Positions 13,762 to 27,684 are shown, numbered from the stretch's first letter. The stretch is DNA of 64,000 bases from Eledone cirrhosa (GCA_964016885.1 OZ024745.1:132494001-132558000), one strand, 5' to 3'. Made by a program: numbers and translations. Notes: generated from the letters alone by a model not told the origin.

Positions 13762-13885
13762 GTAGACCATAACGCACCAGAGTACTCGATATCTAGGGTA
13801 GTAGAGTGGAAAAAGAGTCAGGACCCCGACGGCTGAGCTCCGACCGTTCCGACGGCTTGATCCGTCGGGGTCCTGACACTTTTCC
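13762..13885 (-). repeat. Short PLE-end family with HHR 3' half, locally folded back
   Basis: Homologous to 31590-31740, 49130-49268 and 61935-61991; GTCAGGACCCCGACGG...CCGTCGGGGTCCTGAC inverted repeat. Confidence 0.75.
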
Positions 13886-13907
13886 TATATATATATATAT
13901 ATATATA

Positions 13908-14019
13908 TTAAAAGAATGGAATAAAGAATCAAGTCATTAGAAATATACTTCCCTGCTTTACGATCGTAAAGCAGTGAAGTATATTTCTAATGACTTGATT
14001 TTTTATTCCATTCTTTTAA
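13908..14019. repeat. Spacer-less palindrome (~56-bp arms) centred on TACGATCGTA
   Basis: TTAAAAGAATGGAATAAAG...CTGCTTTACGA|TCGTAAAGCAG...TTTATTCCATTCTTTTAA, 2 mismatches. Confidence 0.92.
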
Positions 14020-14153
14020 CATATATCATGACTCTGTTTTCCTTTTAATGTTTTATTGTTTTCCGGGATTTAGTTTAACCTACAACATTTTCAACATACG
14101 GATTACATTGAGTTCTTCATGCAGACTAGACCCCACAACTTACCGTGGATATC

Positions 14154-14234
<81 letters not shown>

Positions 14235-14307
14235 CATATATACATTTATATATACTATATATATGTATATATACATATACATACACACACACATTTATAT
14301 ATTATAT

Positions 14308-14470
14308 ATATTTATTAAAATAACAGATTAAAGTTTAAGCAAAGAATCGCTGCTTTCACCCTTAACGGGACCTTCTGAAACTAGTTTCTGAAATTAGTTT
14401 CAGAAGATCTCGTTAAGGGTGAAAGCAGCGATTCTTTGCTTAAACTTTAATCTGTTATTTTAATAAATAT
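14308..14470. repeat. Fold-back palindrome (~75-bp arms)
   Basis: TTATTAAAATAACAGATTAAAGTTTAAGCAAAGAATCGCTGCTTTCACCCTTAACG and its reverse complement. Confidence 0.92.
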
Positions 14471-14555
14471 TTGCTCTACGGTTCTTATATATTTGATATA
14501 TATTTATCCTTATCGAGCCCTCTTTGGATTATAGTCTTCAAATTTATTATTATTA

Positions 14556-14609
<54 letters not shown>

Positions 14610-14624
14610 CATATACACACACAC

Positions 14625-14655
<31 letters not shown>

Positions 14656-14656
14656 A

Positions 14657-14734
<78 letters not shown>

Positions 14735-15199
14735 TATATGTATATATATATATACAGACACACACACATATATATATATATGTACAGACACACAGACATA
14801 CACACACACACACGCACACACACACACACACACACATATATATACTATATATATACATAAGCAATCAATATTTGTAACCTGCTGTTACATGTAATATATT
14901 ATGCAATCATTCCCTACTTTTTCTAAATGGTCAGATATAGCTTCAGGTGATTGTATGCCATTAAATGTCACGCAGAGCAACAGCTCAGAAGCTTTCCGAA
15001 AATGTCCGTCTATGACGTTTATCAGATTTTGGACAATACCCTCTTTATTTCAGTTTGACCACAGCCAGTTTCTACGTAAAGGTCATTAAGCGCAATTCTA
15101 TTCTTCGTAAATAACAAGTGAACTCACTAAAGCTAACTGATTACATATAGAACGTATCCCATCGAAATGTATCTGTATATATATATATATATAAATATC

Positions 15200-16004
<805 letters not shown>

Positions 16005-16844
16005 TTATATATATATGTGTGTGTGTGCGTGTGTGTGTATGTGTGTTTGATGGTAGCTAAGATGCTTCCATAGGCGGTGTGCCGGTTGAGCACTCTATGT
16101 TCTTTCAGAGAAGAGTATGATATAATATAAAACGAAATATCAGGGATGCATCGGAACTCAATTTATTGTGTGTTACAATTGTTTCACCGGCGGACAGCTC
16201 GAGACGCGATCATTGTGTGGATCTGTCTGATTCTGGATCCGCAGTTTCGACGGACACGTCTAATGATTTCTGAGCAAATTCTCTCACAATATAAATATAT
16301 ATATCTCACGTATATTATATATATATATATAATAAATATGTGTTATATAATATATGTGTTAGTGTAAGCTTCACTTAATCGATGTGTTTATATTACATCT
16401 AATTTACAAAGACCCTTATCTAACATAAAATTACTTAACAAAAGAAAAAAAATACAAAACAATATATAGATTTTGTTTTGAAAAGAATGACCCAATCTCA
16501 ACTATAATATTAAGGTATACACGTGACTAATTTATTAGAAAATTTAATATCTATTTTCTTTCATATCTATATTTAATAGTATCATAATTTTGATTTCTTG
16601 GACATCAAAGCTATATTTAAGTACTCTCAAACTGAAAAAAACATGAAGTACAAAGCGTGATTACTATATTTTTTTTCTATGCTTAAATTGGTAAAACGTA
16701 ATCATGTTTAATCTTATAATGTACTGTAAACTTAGAGTCAGTCATCGAAATAGAGAGCTTATTTTGAAACTAGTACATTACTCTTACGAATTAAATACAT
16801 TTAAGAAAAGCATGATAATGTCTAATTCTGTAGTGGTTCTTCAG

Positions 16845-17495
16845 ATAATTATTTCTACTTTTGGCACAAGGACAGTAATTATACCAGTACATTACTGGTA
16901 CTTTATATTATCGACCCCGTGAGGATGAAAGGCAAAATAACCTTGGCGGGATTTGAACTCAGAACGTAAAGGGACGTTACTGTGATGTAAAGCATGGCGT
17001 CCGATCCTCTACTGATACTGCCAATTCACCGCCATTCTACATATAATGTCAGTACTTCTACAGATAATTGTTTCTACTATTGGCACAAGGCCAGAAATTA
17101 ACCAGTACATTACTGGTACTTTATTTTATCGACCCCGTAAGCATGAAAGGCAAAGTTAACCTCAGCAGGATTTGAACTCAGAATGGCAAGTGCTGTAACT
17201 CTATGCGTCAAAGTATGGCGTCCGACCCTCTACCGATAGTGCCGATTCACCGCCCAATTATCTACAGATAATGGTTTCTTATTTAGGCACAAGGCCAGCA
17301 ATTTGGGGGATGGTGTCGATGAAATTGGCCCCAGTGCGTGACTGGTACTTTATTTTATCGACCCCGCAAGGATGAAAGGAAAAGTTAACCTCGGTGGGAT
17401 TTGAACTCAGATCATAAAGGGTCGTAACTCTATGCGTCAAAGTATGGCGTCCGACCCTCTACCGATAGTGCCAATTCACCGCCCAATTATCTACA
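16845..17495 (-). mobile_element. Three head-to-tail SINE copies (16845-17035, 17063-17255, 17265-17495)
   Basis: Three cores and three B boxes, separated by the repeated flank TCTACAGATAAT. Confidence 0.9.
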
Positions 17496-17510
17496 GATAA
17501 TATCAGTTTG

Positions 17511-17576
17511 ATAGAGCGGTCTTATAGAGAGGTCTTATAGAGCGGTCTTATAGAGCGGTCTTATGGAGAGGTCTTT
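17511..17576. repeat. 13-bp tandem repeat (TAGAG[C/A]GGTCTTA) x5
   Basis: Directly visible. Confidence 0.9.
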
Positions 17577-18131
17577 TAGACAAAGCAAGGTCCTCTAGCC
17601 ATAGCCCATCATATGTTCTTTTATATTGCAGTATATTCAAGGCTGCATGGAAGGATGTAAGGGAGATTTGAGTATTGTTTCTAGAAGGTTGAACAAAGAC
17701 ATAGAAACATTCATGTTAGCTAATGGCTAATATGCTTTAGAACGAATGAACAAGGGCATTAATTATAAGAAGGGACAACTTCATAATGTTGGCGTCAGTT
17801 AGTGTTTATTTTATCAACAAAGCAAACTTGACCATAGGAAAATTTTAACTAGTCTTACAGGAAGATGACTAAGTATTACGAAACATATTTTCACATGAGT
17901 GTATATAATATACATAAAATATTTCGTTTCTGAATTTGTTTAGCAAGATTCTTTATCTGAAAACGTGTGTTGAAACCGATATTGTTATACTTTGGGAGGG
18001 TCATGTTGCCAATAAGAAACATACGCACCAGTTGCTTTCACTTCAATTTATTATAATAAATTTATAAATTTAGGAATTTATAAATTTCCGGTTGGTTGGT
18101 TGGTTCCACAACCAGCTGATTGTTTATATAT

Positions 18132-18176
18132 TGTCAAAGTTCTTTCGTCACACATTCTGTGACCTCTTCAGTGACA
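18132..18176 (-). ncRNA. Minimal type I hammerhead motif (CUU triplet)
   Basis: TGTCA-CTGAAGA-G-GTCACA GAATG TGTGAC-GAAA-G AA C-TT-TGACA. Confidence 0.78.
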
Positions 18177-18241
18177 TAAAATATTATTTGCTTCAGTGAC
18201 CTCTTCAGTGACCTATTGTGACCTCTTCAGTGACATAAAAT

Positions 18242-18460
18242 ATTGTTTTCTGATTTAGGCATAAGTCCAACAACTTTGGTGGATGGGGAACGTTGATTAC
18301 ATCGAACGCAGTCAGTTACTTGTACTTTATTTTATCGACCCAATAAGAATGAAAAGCAAAACTAACCTCGGCGGGATTTGAACTCAGAACTTAAAGGGAT
18401 GTAACTCTACGTCACAAAGCATGTTGTTCGACGCTCTAACGATTCTGCCAATCCACCGAT
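18242..18460 (-). mobile_element. SINE (major family, older long variant)
   Basis: Core and B box on minus strand. Confidence 0.8.
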
Positions 18461-18849
18461 TATGGTATGTAAAAAATAATAGAATATAAAAAAACACTGA
18501 AAATATATGATTGTGTGCTGAGTTAACTTCCTGAAAATATAGCCCCAAGTGTCTTGATGTGAAATCCCTCCCGGTAACAAAACACTTGAAGTAAACATAA
18601 CAGAATTGCTTGAATAATGTTGTATACATAGCACCATGTGAAAGGGCATGAAGTAGGGCTGTTCTATGTGTCGCATCCAAGAAAATGGTAACGGCGCACA
18701 TGAAACGAAAGCCACAAGCTTCAATTATGCAGAACGAGGTTAAAGGGTGAACTGAAAACTGTAAATCATTATCTCATTGTGTTTAGACTTATCCACTAGA
18801 AACTGCGACACTTTCCTATGCACATACACGCTTCTAATCACTTATAGCA

Positions 18850-19460
18850 GTGTGTACCGGGCTGGTAGTTATGTTAGTGTGAATAACATCCGGGCAGATT
18901 TAGCTAAAGAAGAAGAGATTGATGGGTGGGAAAGTAAAGAATATAATGGTAAAATCAATATGGTTTCCGCAATGGTCGGGGTACTATTTTCTGCCTTCGT
19001 CAGGTTACAGTGAAGTTTCATGAAAAGAATCATGAACAACATCGGTGAGATCGAATCATTTCTGATGTAATTCCTACTCAAATGAACTGGTCATGCCCTA
19101 TGGATGATGAAGAGCACACATCCAAACTACAGTCAATTTCATAATGTTGAACGTAATGTAGGCAGACCATTACTCATGTTTAAAGCCCACCTGAAGTACA
19201 ATATTAAATCCGTGAACATACCTCTCACTTCTTTGGACACCTTAGCTGCTGACTAGTGGAAATAGAAAGATGTCTACCATGGAGGTATAAACATTTTGAA
19301 AAATCTTGTCTGCTCCATATTAGTAATCTAACATCTAAAACCAAGATTTGATCAAACATCCCATCCTGCTCTGCTCAAATCTCGTCATCTGCAGTAAATA
19401 TGGCTTGATGTGTAAATCAGCAACTGTACTAAAATCGCCTTTAAGGCATAACCATGAAAA
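18850..19460 (+). mobile_element. Highly degraded RTE LINE
   Basis: QYGFRNGRGT-IFCLRQ, W.GH-like and LAAD..KW-like motifs in broken frames. Confidence 0.5.
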
Positions 19461-19520
19461 ATGAACTGAGAAGAGTGTTGAACCGTGATACGTCGAAATA
19501 CAGCAGGAGAATCTATTACA

Positions 19521-19667
19521 TACAAGGGTTGGCTGAACAATTCAAAGGCTATCTATGACGGAATGATGCAGGAGCTGTAAAATCTCGCTTGTATTAACTC
19601 CCCTCATAACTGCATTGTTTCCAGGGACGATGTTGGCCAGCCTAGGAACTTTCAACCGACCCTCTTA
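19521..19667. mobile_element. Mariner-type MITE
   Basis: Imperfect TIRs TACAAGGGTTGGCTGAA / TTCAACCGACCCTCTTA with TA ends. Confidence 0.6.
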
Positions 19668-19901
19668 TATATAAGTATATGTATAAATCACATGTATACA
19701 CACACACACACACACACACACATACACACACATATATATATGTGTTTGTGCATCTGTGTGTGTGAATCGGGAGTAACCACAATATATAGGTTACCCAATG
19801 CATTAATTGAGTGTGAACATCATTTTTTAATATAGAAATGGGTTCCACGGGACGAATGAAACAGTTATAGTCATGGAGAAGCCATTTCTATATTAAATAA
19901 T

Positions 19902-19937
<36 letters not shown>

Positions 19938-19945
19938 AGTGTGTG

Positions 19946-19992
<47 letters not shown>

Positions 19993-20943
19993 TCATATGC
20001 GCTAACACACAACTGAAGAATACATACTAGAGATTCTAAAATAAAAGGAATATTTCAGTGTAGTTTGAGAACATTTCTGGAACCATTTCTGGACAACTTC
20101 CAACTTGCTCAGCAAATCGCGCAAACACCCAATTAAGAATATAGTTTACGGCTTAATAACACTTCCTCTCATCATCGAAGTAATCAGTAATGAAAAATAA
20201 TCTTCCTCATACTCTAACGAAAACCTTATTTTGTTGCCAAAGATTTTTCTTGCCTGAAAATATACTTTCTAATAGATAATAAATACTGCAGATGCGGGGA
20301 AAAAGAAATAAGATGTTTGAAAAGACTTACAAATAATATCTATCATGCAACGATGTGAAAGGTAATTATGCCTGTGTTTATTTCAACGCAATATGCTTAA
20401 TAAGTGTAATTCCCATGCTTTGCCATAACATTCTGGCGACACTCTGTCCGAAAGATAGAAGCTTATATTGCAATACACAAATAAAACCCATAAATGAGGA
20501 AAATTACTCGACAGAATGTATATGGTTTAATGTACGATGTGAACAAGTAGAATCATTTGAAATAGGCCTGGGATGACAAAGAAATGGTCTGAACTCAAAA
20601 GATAGGATTTGAAAATCGGAACTACAGACCCTAATCTATTCAGTCTAGCTTTCGTTTTATGCTTTCTGCTAACTGATAGTTATACACCGATTTATAATCT
20701 AGAGTATTAGGCTACCTTTATAATTATAATATAGATATAGGTGATGGAATTGACTGCTCAGCAATATCTGACAGCTATGTTATCGTTACCACAGCATTTT
20801 TATTCAGAGGCTTTCTGTTGGTTATTCAGTCAGTCTCTCTCACACACTAACATACACACACATACACATGTATATGTATATTTATTCACACGCACATGCA
20901 CACACAGAAACACACACATACACACACATACACACACACTCAC

Positions 20944-20974
<31 letters not shown>

Positions 20975-21502
20975 CATATATAGGTTTCCAATGTGACAAG
21001 ACAGCTCAATCTGTTCCATCCACTCTGTGAGAAGAAGATACAGCAGACACGGGAGAGGAGGAGAGAAATAAAACCAGGAATTGATGCCAAATTCCCAAAC
21101 GAGTAGAAAACCATGTACATGCCACAGCAGGGTGTCAACCAAGGGATTGCGGGTCATTCGTTTAGTAAAGTCTAAAGAACTCAGGGGATTATGGGAACGA
21201 ACAGATAGAAAAAAAAGAACGGGAAAGCACGCACACGCTAACACGTACATGAGTATCTGAGAATACACACCAGCATAGCCGCGCCATCAATTACACCATA
21301 AAACTCACATCACCCCACTCACAAAAAAATAACGCCCATGCTTATCCCATAAACCACAAGAAGAAAAGATTTGTCACGTCACAAGTCTGAGGAGCAGACA
21401 TAGTGGTGTCTGGTCGATAACTCCTTTGGGTGACCTCGTTTTCTTTTCTATTATATACACTCTGCCTGCACATAGAATGCTTGCTTCGGTACCAATCTGC
21501 AC

Positions 21503-21536
<34 letters not shown>

Positions 21537-21549
21537 AGCATACACAAAC

Positions 21550-21594
<45 letters not shown>

Positions 21595-22609
21595 ACCAAT
21601 GATGGTACGCACACATTTCGTTAGCGTTAATCTAATTTTCTCAACTCGTACCATCATTGTTTGGTCTTGTTTAGCTGTCTTTCTCTGTCTCTCTCTGTCT
21701 GTATATATATATAATGATGATTTCTCACGAATGAAACAGTTTTAGTCCTGTAGAAGCTCTCCTATATTGAAACTTTTATACTCTGCTATGTATTGAGTAC
21801 CTTACTTACTGTGGTTACCTCCGATTCAACCCGTAATAACTTATATATATGTGTATATATGTGTGTGTGTATATATGTGTGTGTATTTGTATGTGTGTGC
21901 ATGCATGTGTATATATACAAAAAGAGACAAACAATGAAGAAGAAAAAGAAAATCCATAGAATGTATAACAATAAAATTGAGATATAGATAGAATAATGTC
22001 TTAGGCAGTCCAAGGAACAGGCTTAAACCTTAAAATAAAGTCAAATAGTGAGTGCAACAATACCGAATTTGCATCTTTAGTTCCTTTAGGAAATTACTTT
22101 ACACTAAAGTGTTTAGAAAACGGATACTTTTATATTATCTCTTTACGATTTGAATTTTCCATTAGTACGTTGATTGTGTTGACGCATAGTTAAAACTAAT
22201 TCAATTGGAAAACCATATAATACTTCTATTGTTTGATATGTTATTTGCACTTTGTAGCAGTTTTCCTTGAAAGAGAATTTATTGAATATATTTAAACTAA
22301 ATTCTAAATACTTTTAACAAATATAAAGTAATATAGACTTCAGTCTTGTAAAGAAACACGTTCAGGTCTGTTTCATTCACTACAATTTTAATTATACTGG
22401 TTGTAGCCTCAGGTTAGGTTAGTGATTGAATGTCAATAGATTTCGATTATGTAAGCTGTATGGATGAGCAGGTGTTTCACATTGACACTTTCTTGGAGAA
22501 AAACTGGCACTGCAAAATGGTTCCTGGTAATCTAAAGTATATAAACAGCTGCGTTTAAATTAATTTCGTTTCATATCTTTTATTATTATTCTTATTATTA
22601 TCATTATTA

Positions 22610-22808
22610 AGGTGGTGGATTGGCCTGTATCGACAGAGGGCCGGACGTCATGCTTTGACGCATAGAATTACGGCCCTTGCCATTCTAATTTCAAATCCCG
22701 CCGAGGTTAACTTTGCCTTTCATCCTTACGGGGTCGATAAAATAAAGTACCAGTAATACGTTGGGGTAATTCCTGGCCTTGTGCCAAAAGTAGAAACAAT
22801 TATTATTA
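22610..22808 (+). mobile_element. SINE (major family)
   Basis: Core plus (ATT)n tail. Confidence 0.88.
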
Positions 22809-22809
22809 T

Positions 22810-24712
22810 AGTTGCATCTATCTTGCTTTATGTTCATACGAGTTATCACCAAGTCACAACCAGTGACCTCAAGAGACAACAAGGTCCGCCATGTTCAAGA
22901 AAGAACATACATATTCACACATGCATCTTTAGTGTTTAGACTTGTGATGTACTTATATTGACAGAATCTTCCTTTGTATATGGGCAGTTCCCATTAGTAC
23001 TATCTTTTGTATTTCTCCTATACGCGGGTTTCCTGGGATTTGCGATAAGTAATCATTAGACCCCTTAGGTATCATTCCTAGAGCGCCTACAACTACTGGT
23101 ATTGTTTTAGTTCTCAATATCCACATTTTCCAATTTCTATCTCCAGGTCCTTATACTTGCTCAATTTTTCAAATGTTTTTATAGATACATTCTTGTCTAT
23201 TGGAAAGGACATATCAATTAGCAAGCATACCCTCATTTTAAAGTCCTTCAGTATTATATCAGGTCTATTTGCATCTATTTTTCGGTCTGTTTGGATGCTA
23301 AAGTTCCACAAGATTGAGATGTGATCTTTTTCAAGTATGGGAGGTGGTTGATGCTCCCACCAATTCTTTTGATGGGGCATGTCAAAATGCTTACACATTA
23401 TCCAATGTATGTATTGTGCAGCTCTGTCATGCCTGTTTAGGTATTCGGTTGGAGCTATAGGACTGGACATTGAAATTATATTATCAATGGTCTCTGGTTG
23501 TTTTTTTACATACACGGCATAATGGGTTGCATCCTTTTTTTTATAATGTTGGCTTGGTAATTTCTTGTTGGCAGACACTGATCTTGTGCTGATATAACCA
23601 GTCCTTCAGTCTCCGATTTCAGTCCAGAGGATGCCAACCACTGATGGGTTAAAGTTTTGTCAACATCAGTATTGTTAGCTCTTTCTGGGTATTCTCCATA
23701 CAGAGGCTTTTCTTGACATTTCTTAGCCAGTTTCTGTAGCAGTTCTTTCTTTGCAGTTACTTTTACTTGCTTTGCTTTTTCTGTGTTTTCCATTTCAGCA
23801 GTAAATGGGACTTCTGAAATTTGTAGTCCATTACTGTATCTTTGTGCATTTGTAATGGAGTATGATCTTTTGATGCTTTCGTGTTTCAAAACGAGTTTGA
23901 TCATCCAATCATGTGATTCCCTTAGATATGTAGATAATCCAATTGTTGCAGTTTTCAACGCAATGTCTAACTGGATTAACCCACGTCCTCCTTCTTTCCT
24001 AGGGAGATATATTCTATCTGTATCTGCCTTAGGTTGATGCATTCTGTGCATGGTTAAGAATTTTCTAATTTTTGTATCGAGCCTACGGATCTCTGTGCTT
24101 GACCAGTTGATGACATTGTAACTGTAGGTTACTACTGGTATGGCAAGCATGTTTATGGCATCGATCCTATTCCTTGCATTCAATTCCGTTCTTAAGATTG
24201 CGGTAACTCTGCGGTAACATTCCTTCCTTATCCTTTCCCTCATTGTCGAGTGCTTGATTCCTTCTCCTTCACAAACACCTAGATATTTGTAAGTTTCCTC
24301 TTGATCAAGTTCTCTTATCACATTCCCCCGATCAAGATTAATGTCTGAACTTTTCAGCAGCTTTACTCAGGTTAACGTTGCTTTGGCGCATTTATCTAGT
24401 CCAAACTTCATTTTAATGTCATCACTGACTGCTCCACAGTGGATAATAGCCCTTGCAATTGTTCATCATTTTTTGCAAATAGTTTCAGGTCATCCATGTA
24501 GAACAAGTGATTAATGGTTTTGTCATAGACTTTATATCCATGTTTTTTTTTATTGAGCATTTTACTTAATGGTATAAGTGCGATGCAGAATAAAAGCGGT
24601 GATAAAGAGTCACCCTGAACAATTCCACAATTAATATTAACTTCTTCAGCTTCCAGTGATATTTTTTCACTATTCAAAAGGAGTGTCTTTTTCCATGTCT
24701 TCATACTGAATG
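22810..24712 (-). mobile_element. 5'-truncated R4/Dong-like non-LTR retrotransposon (RT + CCHC + RLE endonuclease), frameshifted
   Basis: GIVQGDSLSPLLF, HLFYMDDLKLF, YKYLG, GGRGL, RHD, NRPDII..D...LLIDMSFP...KYKDL in ORFs 24408-24728, 23506-24321, 23114-23578; 3' end abuts (TAA)n. Confidence 0.92.
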
Positions 24713-24714
24713 AC

Positions 24715-24992
24715 AGGAACCTCCACAATTACCACCACTACCACCACCACTCGCACAATCACAACCACCACCGCCACCACCGCCACCACAAACACCACCA
24801 CTACCACCACCACTGGCACCATCACAACCGCCACCTCCACCACCACTGGCACCATCACAACCGCCACCACCATCACCTCCACAATTACCACCATCACCAT
24901 CACTATCATAATGCCTCCCCCACTACTACTACGACCACAGCCACCATCACAACCTCCACCACCACCACAATCACAACCCCACCGCACCACCG
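24715..24992. repeat. Degenerate (ACC)n trinucleotide repeat
   Basis: Directly visible; source of the Thr/Pro- and Val-rich ORFs. Confidence 0.9.
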
Positions 24993-25980
24993 TTTCGGAA
25001 ATATTTCAATGTATATTACATGATATGAACACTATAGTATGAGCTTAAATGTATTCCACTAAAACTATGACGTTTGAAAGGTTTCATCTTTTCAATAGTC
25101 ATATTAACCATCGTTTCGTACTCAGATAATCTGCTCACCCGCATTAATTGCGCTTACCTTTTAGCTAACTTAATATTTCCACTGTTTCTGTCTCTTCTAG
25201 AATGTCGAATGCAGTGGAGTTGCGAATTAAACAGTGAATTGTAGCGAACATATCTAGGGAATCAGTATTACTTCTACTGAAGAATTATGTCTCATATCTT
25301 TGTTTTGGGGAAATAAAAGCTTTACTCTATTGTATTCAGATCTGGATTCTAAGTATAACTAATACAATGTATTGATATATTTACCAATAATATACAAAGC
25401 CGTTTGAATATTTCGGTGGCAACATTTATTTGTGTGCCAAATTTATTTCACAGCAGGAAGGATTGAATTCTTTAGAAAATGGCTGAATAATTGAACAAAA
25501 TTTCGCTTCACTTGGTGCCAAATAGACAGGAATTTTACATATGGTCTATCATTCAATAGTTTTTGGCAAATCTATACACAGAAATGAACAGTAGTTATAA
25601 TTTTCCTGTTGTTTTGTCCATGCTAATAAGAATTGGCTTTAATGAAATTCAAATCATGCGTTTATTGAGAGAAATTCAAAAGTCTGTAAAGTGAAAAGGA
25701 CCTAAACTGACCTTCTGTATGAGTGGTATTATTATATGTCACAAAGACGTAATTTTAGGAATTATTCCTGTAATTTTCATACATTTAAATATAATTCACT
25801 GTTTTATCAGAACACACAGACGGGAATAGGCCTCAGAAATGACCGTATTTAAGAAAACAGTCTACTGATAGTGTATACTCATCTAGCAGTGTACTCATCA
25901 AACCACGACAAAGCTCTCACCTACTGTTGGCAGCCGTTTCACCCATAGCGTACACGCAATTTTAAGAATCATACAAGCAA

Positions 25981-26013
<33 letters not shown>

Positions 26014-26053
26014 TGTATGTATGTATGTATGTGTATGGATACATATAGGCTCT

Positions 26054-26095
<42 letters not shown>

Positions 26096-26204
26096 AATAT
26101 ATGTATATATAAATATATATATATATATATAAATATATACTTAAGGTAAATATTGATGTAATTCAATTCAAGCCCTTACGTACTTTTTCTACATAGGAAT
26201 GGCG

Positions 26205-26548
26205 AAGTATGTTTAGAATAAGAAAATGCGAAGTAGTTCCAATTTTAAAGTCCTTTATTGATAAGGCTGTGATACATATTTCAATGACGACAGTGGCCAC
26301 GTGATTCCACCTAACAAGAGAACGAGTGAATGTTTCAAGAACATAATCGTTGACGGTTTCCTTGTCGTTTTAATTTGGATTGCATCGAGAACGTAACCTT
26401 GTTATGTAAGAAGCGGTCTGATGAGATCATGGCACTGGTCAGACCGGATCGCGTGGCCACTTTCTTCATTGAAATATGTGTCACAGCATTATCAATAAAG
26501 GACTTTAGCATTTGCAACTACTTCGTATTTTCTTATTCTAAATATATA
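26205..26548 (+). mobile_element. Fold-back PLE-end element (~100-bp diverged arms)
   Basis: 26207-26307 is the reverse complement of 26446-26546; contains an HHR motif. Confidence 0.8.
26413..26487 (+). ncRNA. Type I hammerhead motif with long stem II region
   Basis: GCGGT-CTGATGA-[46 nt]-GAAAT-ATGT-GTC-ACAGC. Confidence 0.65.
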
Positions 26549-26559
26549 TATCTATATCT

Positions 26560-26832
26560 AAAGTCTGTCTTAAGCCAGAAGGCTCATTTGGCCGGTGTTT
26601 ATGCCGGTTTCGTGGCGTGAAGTGACTGAGAGTACAAGACTCCCCCTGGACAGGACGCATGTCCATCGCAGGGTTAAACCTCCACCTATTGCTGGTACTC
26701 ATTTTCAGTTGAGTATACTGGAGTAACGTGAAATGAAGTGTTTTGCTCAAGAAAACAACACGCAACTCAGGAATCGAACCCACGACATTATGATCGTAAG
26801 TCCAACACTCTTACCACTAGGCCACAAGCCTC
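26560..26832 (-). mobile_element. tRNA-derived SINE, second family
   Basis: A box TGGCCTAGTGG, B box GGTTCGATTCC, then TTCTTGAGCAAAACACTT central domain and AACCCTGCGATGGAC...TCCAGGGGG. Confidence 0.88.
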
Positions 26833-26852
26833 ACTATATGTATATATACACA

Positions 26853-27684
26853 CAAGAAAGGATGAAAAAAAGTAAAACAGACCCTTAAATATATTTTCCG
26901 TGCTATTTCTATCTCTCCCCGCTCTCTCTATCTCTCTCTCTATATATATAGAGAGAGATATGTCTCCGGCCGCCTCCCCGAGTGGACGTTTCTGTGCTTT
27001 ACGCGTTTTAATTGTCCTAATAACTTAATTTAGTTATTATTGCACCGACGTGAGGTATATGATTTTTAATGCAATGAAATATCTATGATCGTCGGCAAAT
27101 CACTGATGAGGGACTCATTTTATTACATGTTATCCATGTGCAACCTGCAGTATTCTTCTCCCCATTTTTTCACATATATGTACCTAAACTGCGATTCTGT
27201 TTTTTTCTCTCTCTCTCTCTTACTGCTCCCTCGTTCTCTCTGTTTCTCCTACTTTCTTTCGCCCCCTCTGTCATGTCAGTTAACTCTTCCTCACGCTTCC
27301 ACTCACTCACTCACTGTTTCTCCCCTTCTCACTTCACCCCGTTCGCGACGAAAACATTTTCTCTCTTTCTCACATTTGGATTCATCCCGAAAGGTCTTTT
27401 TTCTAAGCGCTCATTTATTCACCTAGCTTATGCTAACAGAATAACTATGTAGCTTGTTCCCTTCCTCTCCACGGTTAGCTCTCCTCTTTGTTGTTATCTT
27501 GTCTCACTTGCTTTACGCGTTTTAATTGTCCTAATAACTTAATTTAGTTATTATTGCACCGACGTGAGGTATATGATTTTTAATGCAATGAAATATCTAT
27601 GATCGTCGGCAAATCACTGATGAGGGACTCATTTTATTACATGTTATCCATGTGCAACCTGCAGTATTCTTCTCCCCATTTTTT

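Noticed and set aside
21384-21437. CTGAGGA-CAGACA/TGTCTG hairpin as a hammerhead
   Set aside because: Good stem II, but GATA instead of GAAA, no UH triplet and weak stem I; at best a dead relic
24710-25042. Mucin-like Thr/Pro-rich ORF
   Set aside because: Degenerate (ACC)n repeat at a LINE truncation point; no signal peptide or splice context
26760-26832. tRNA gene
   Set aside because: A and B boxes are the head of a SINE; no proper acceptor stem, and it continues into the SINE body
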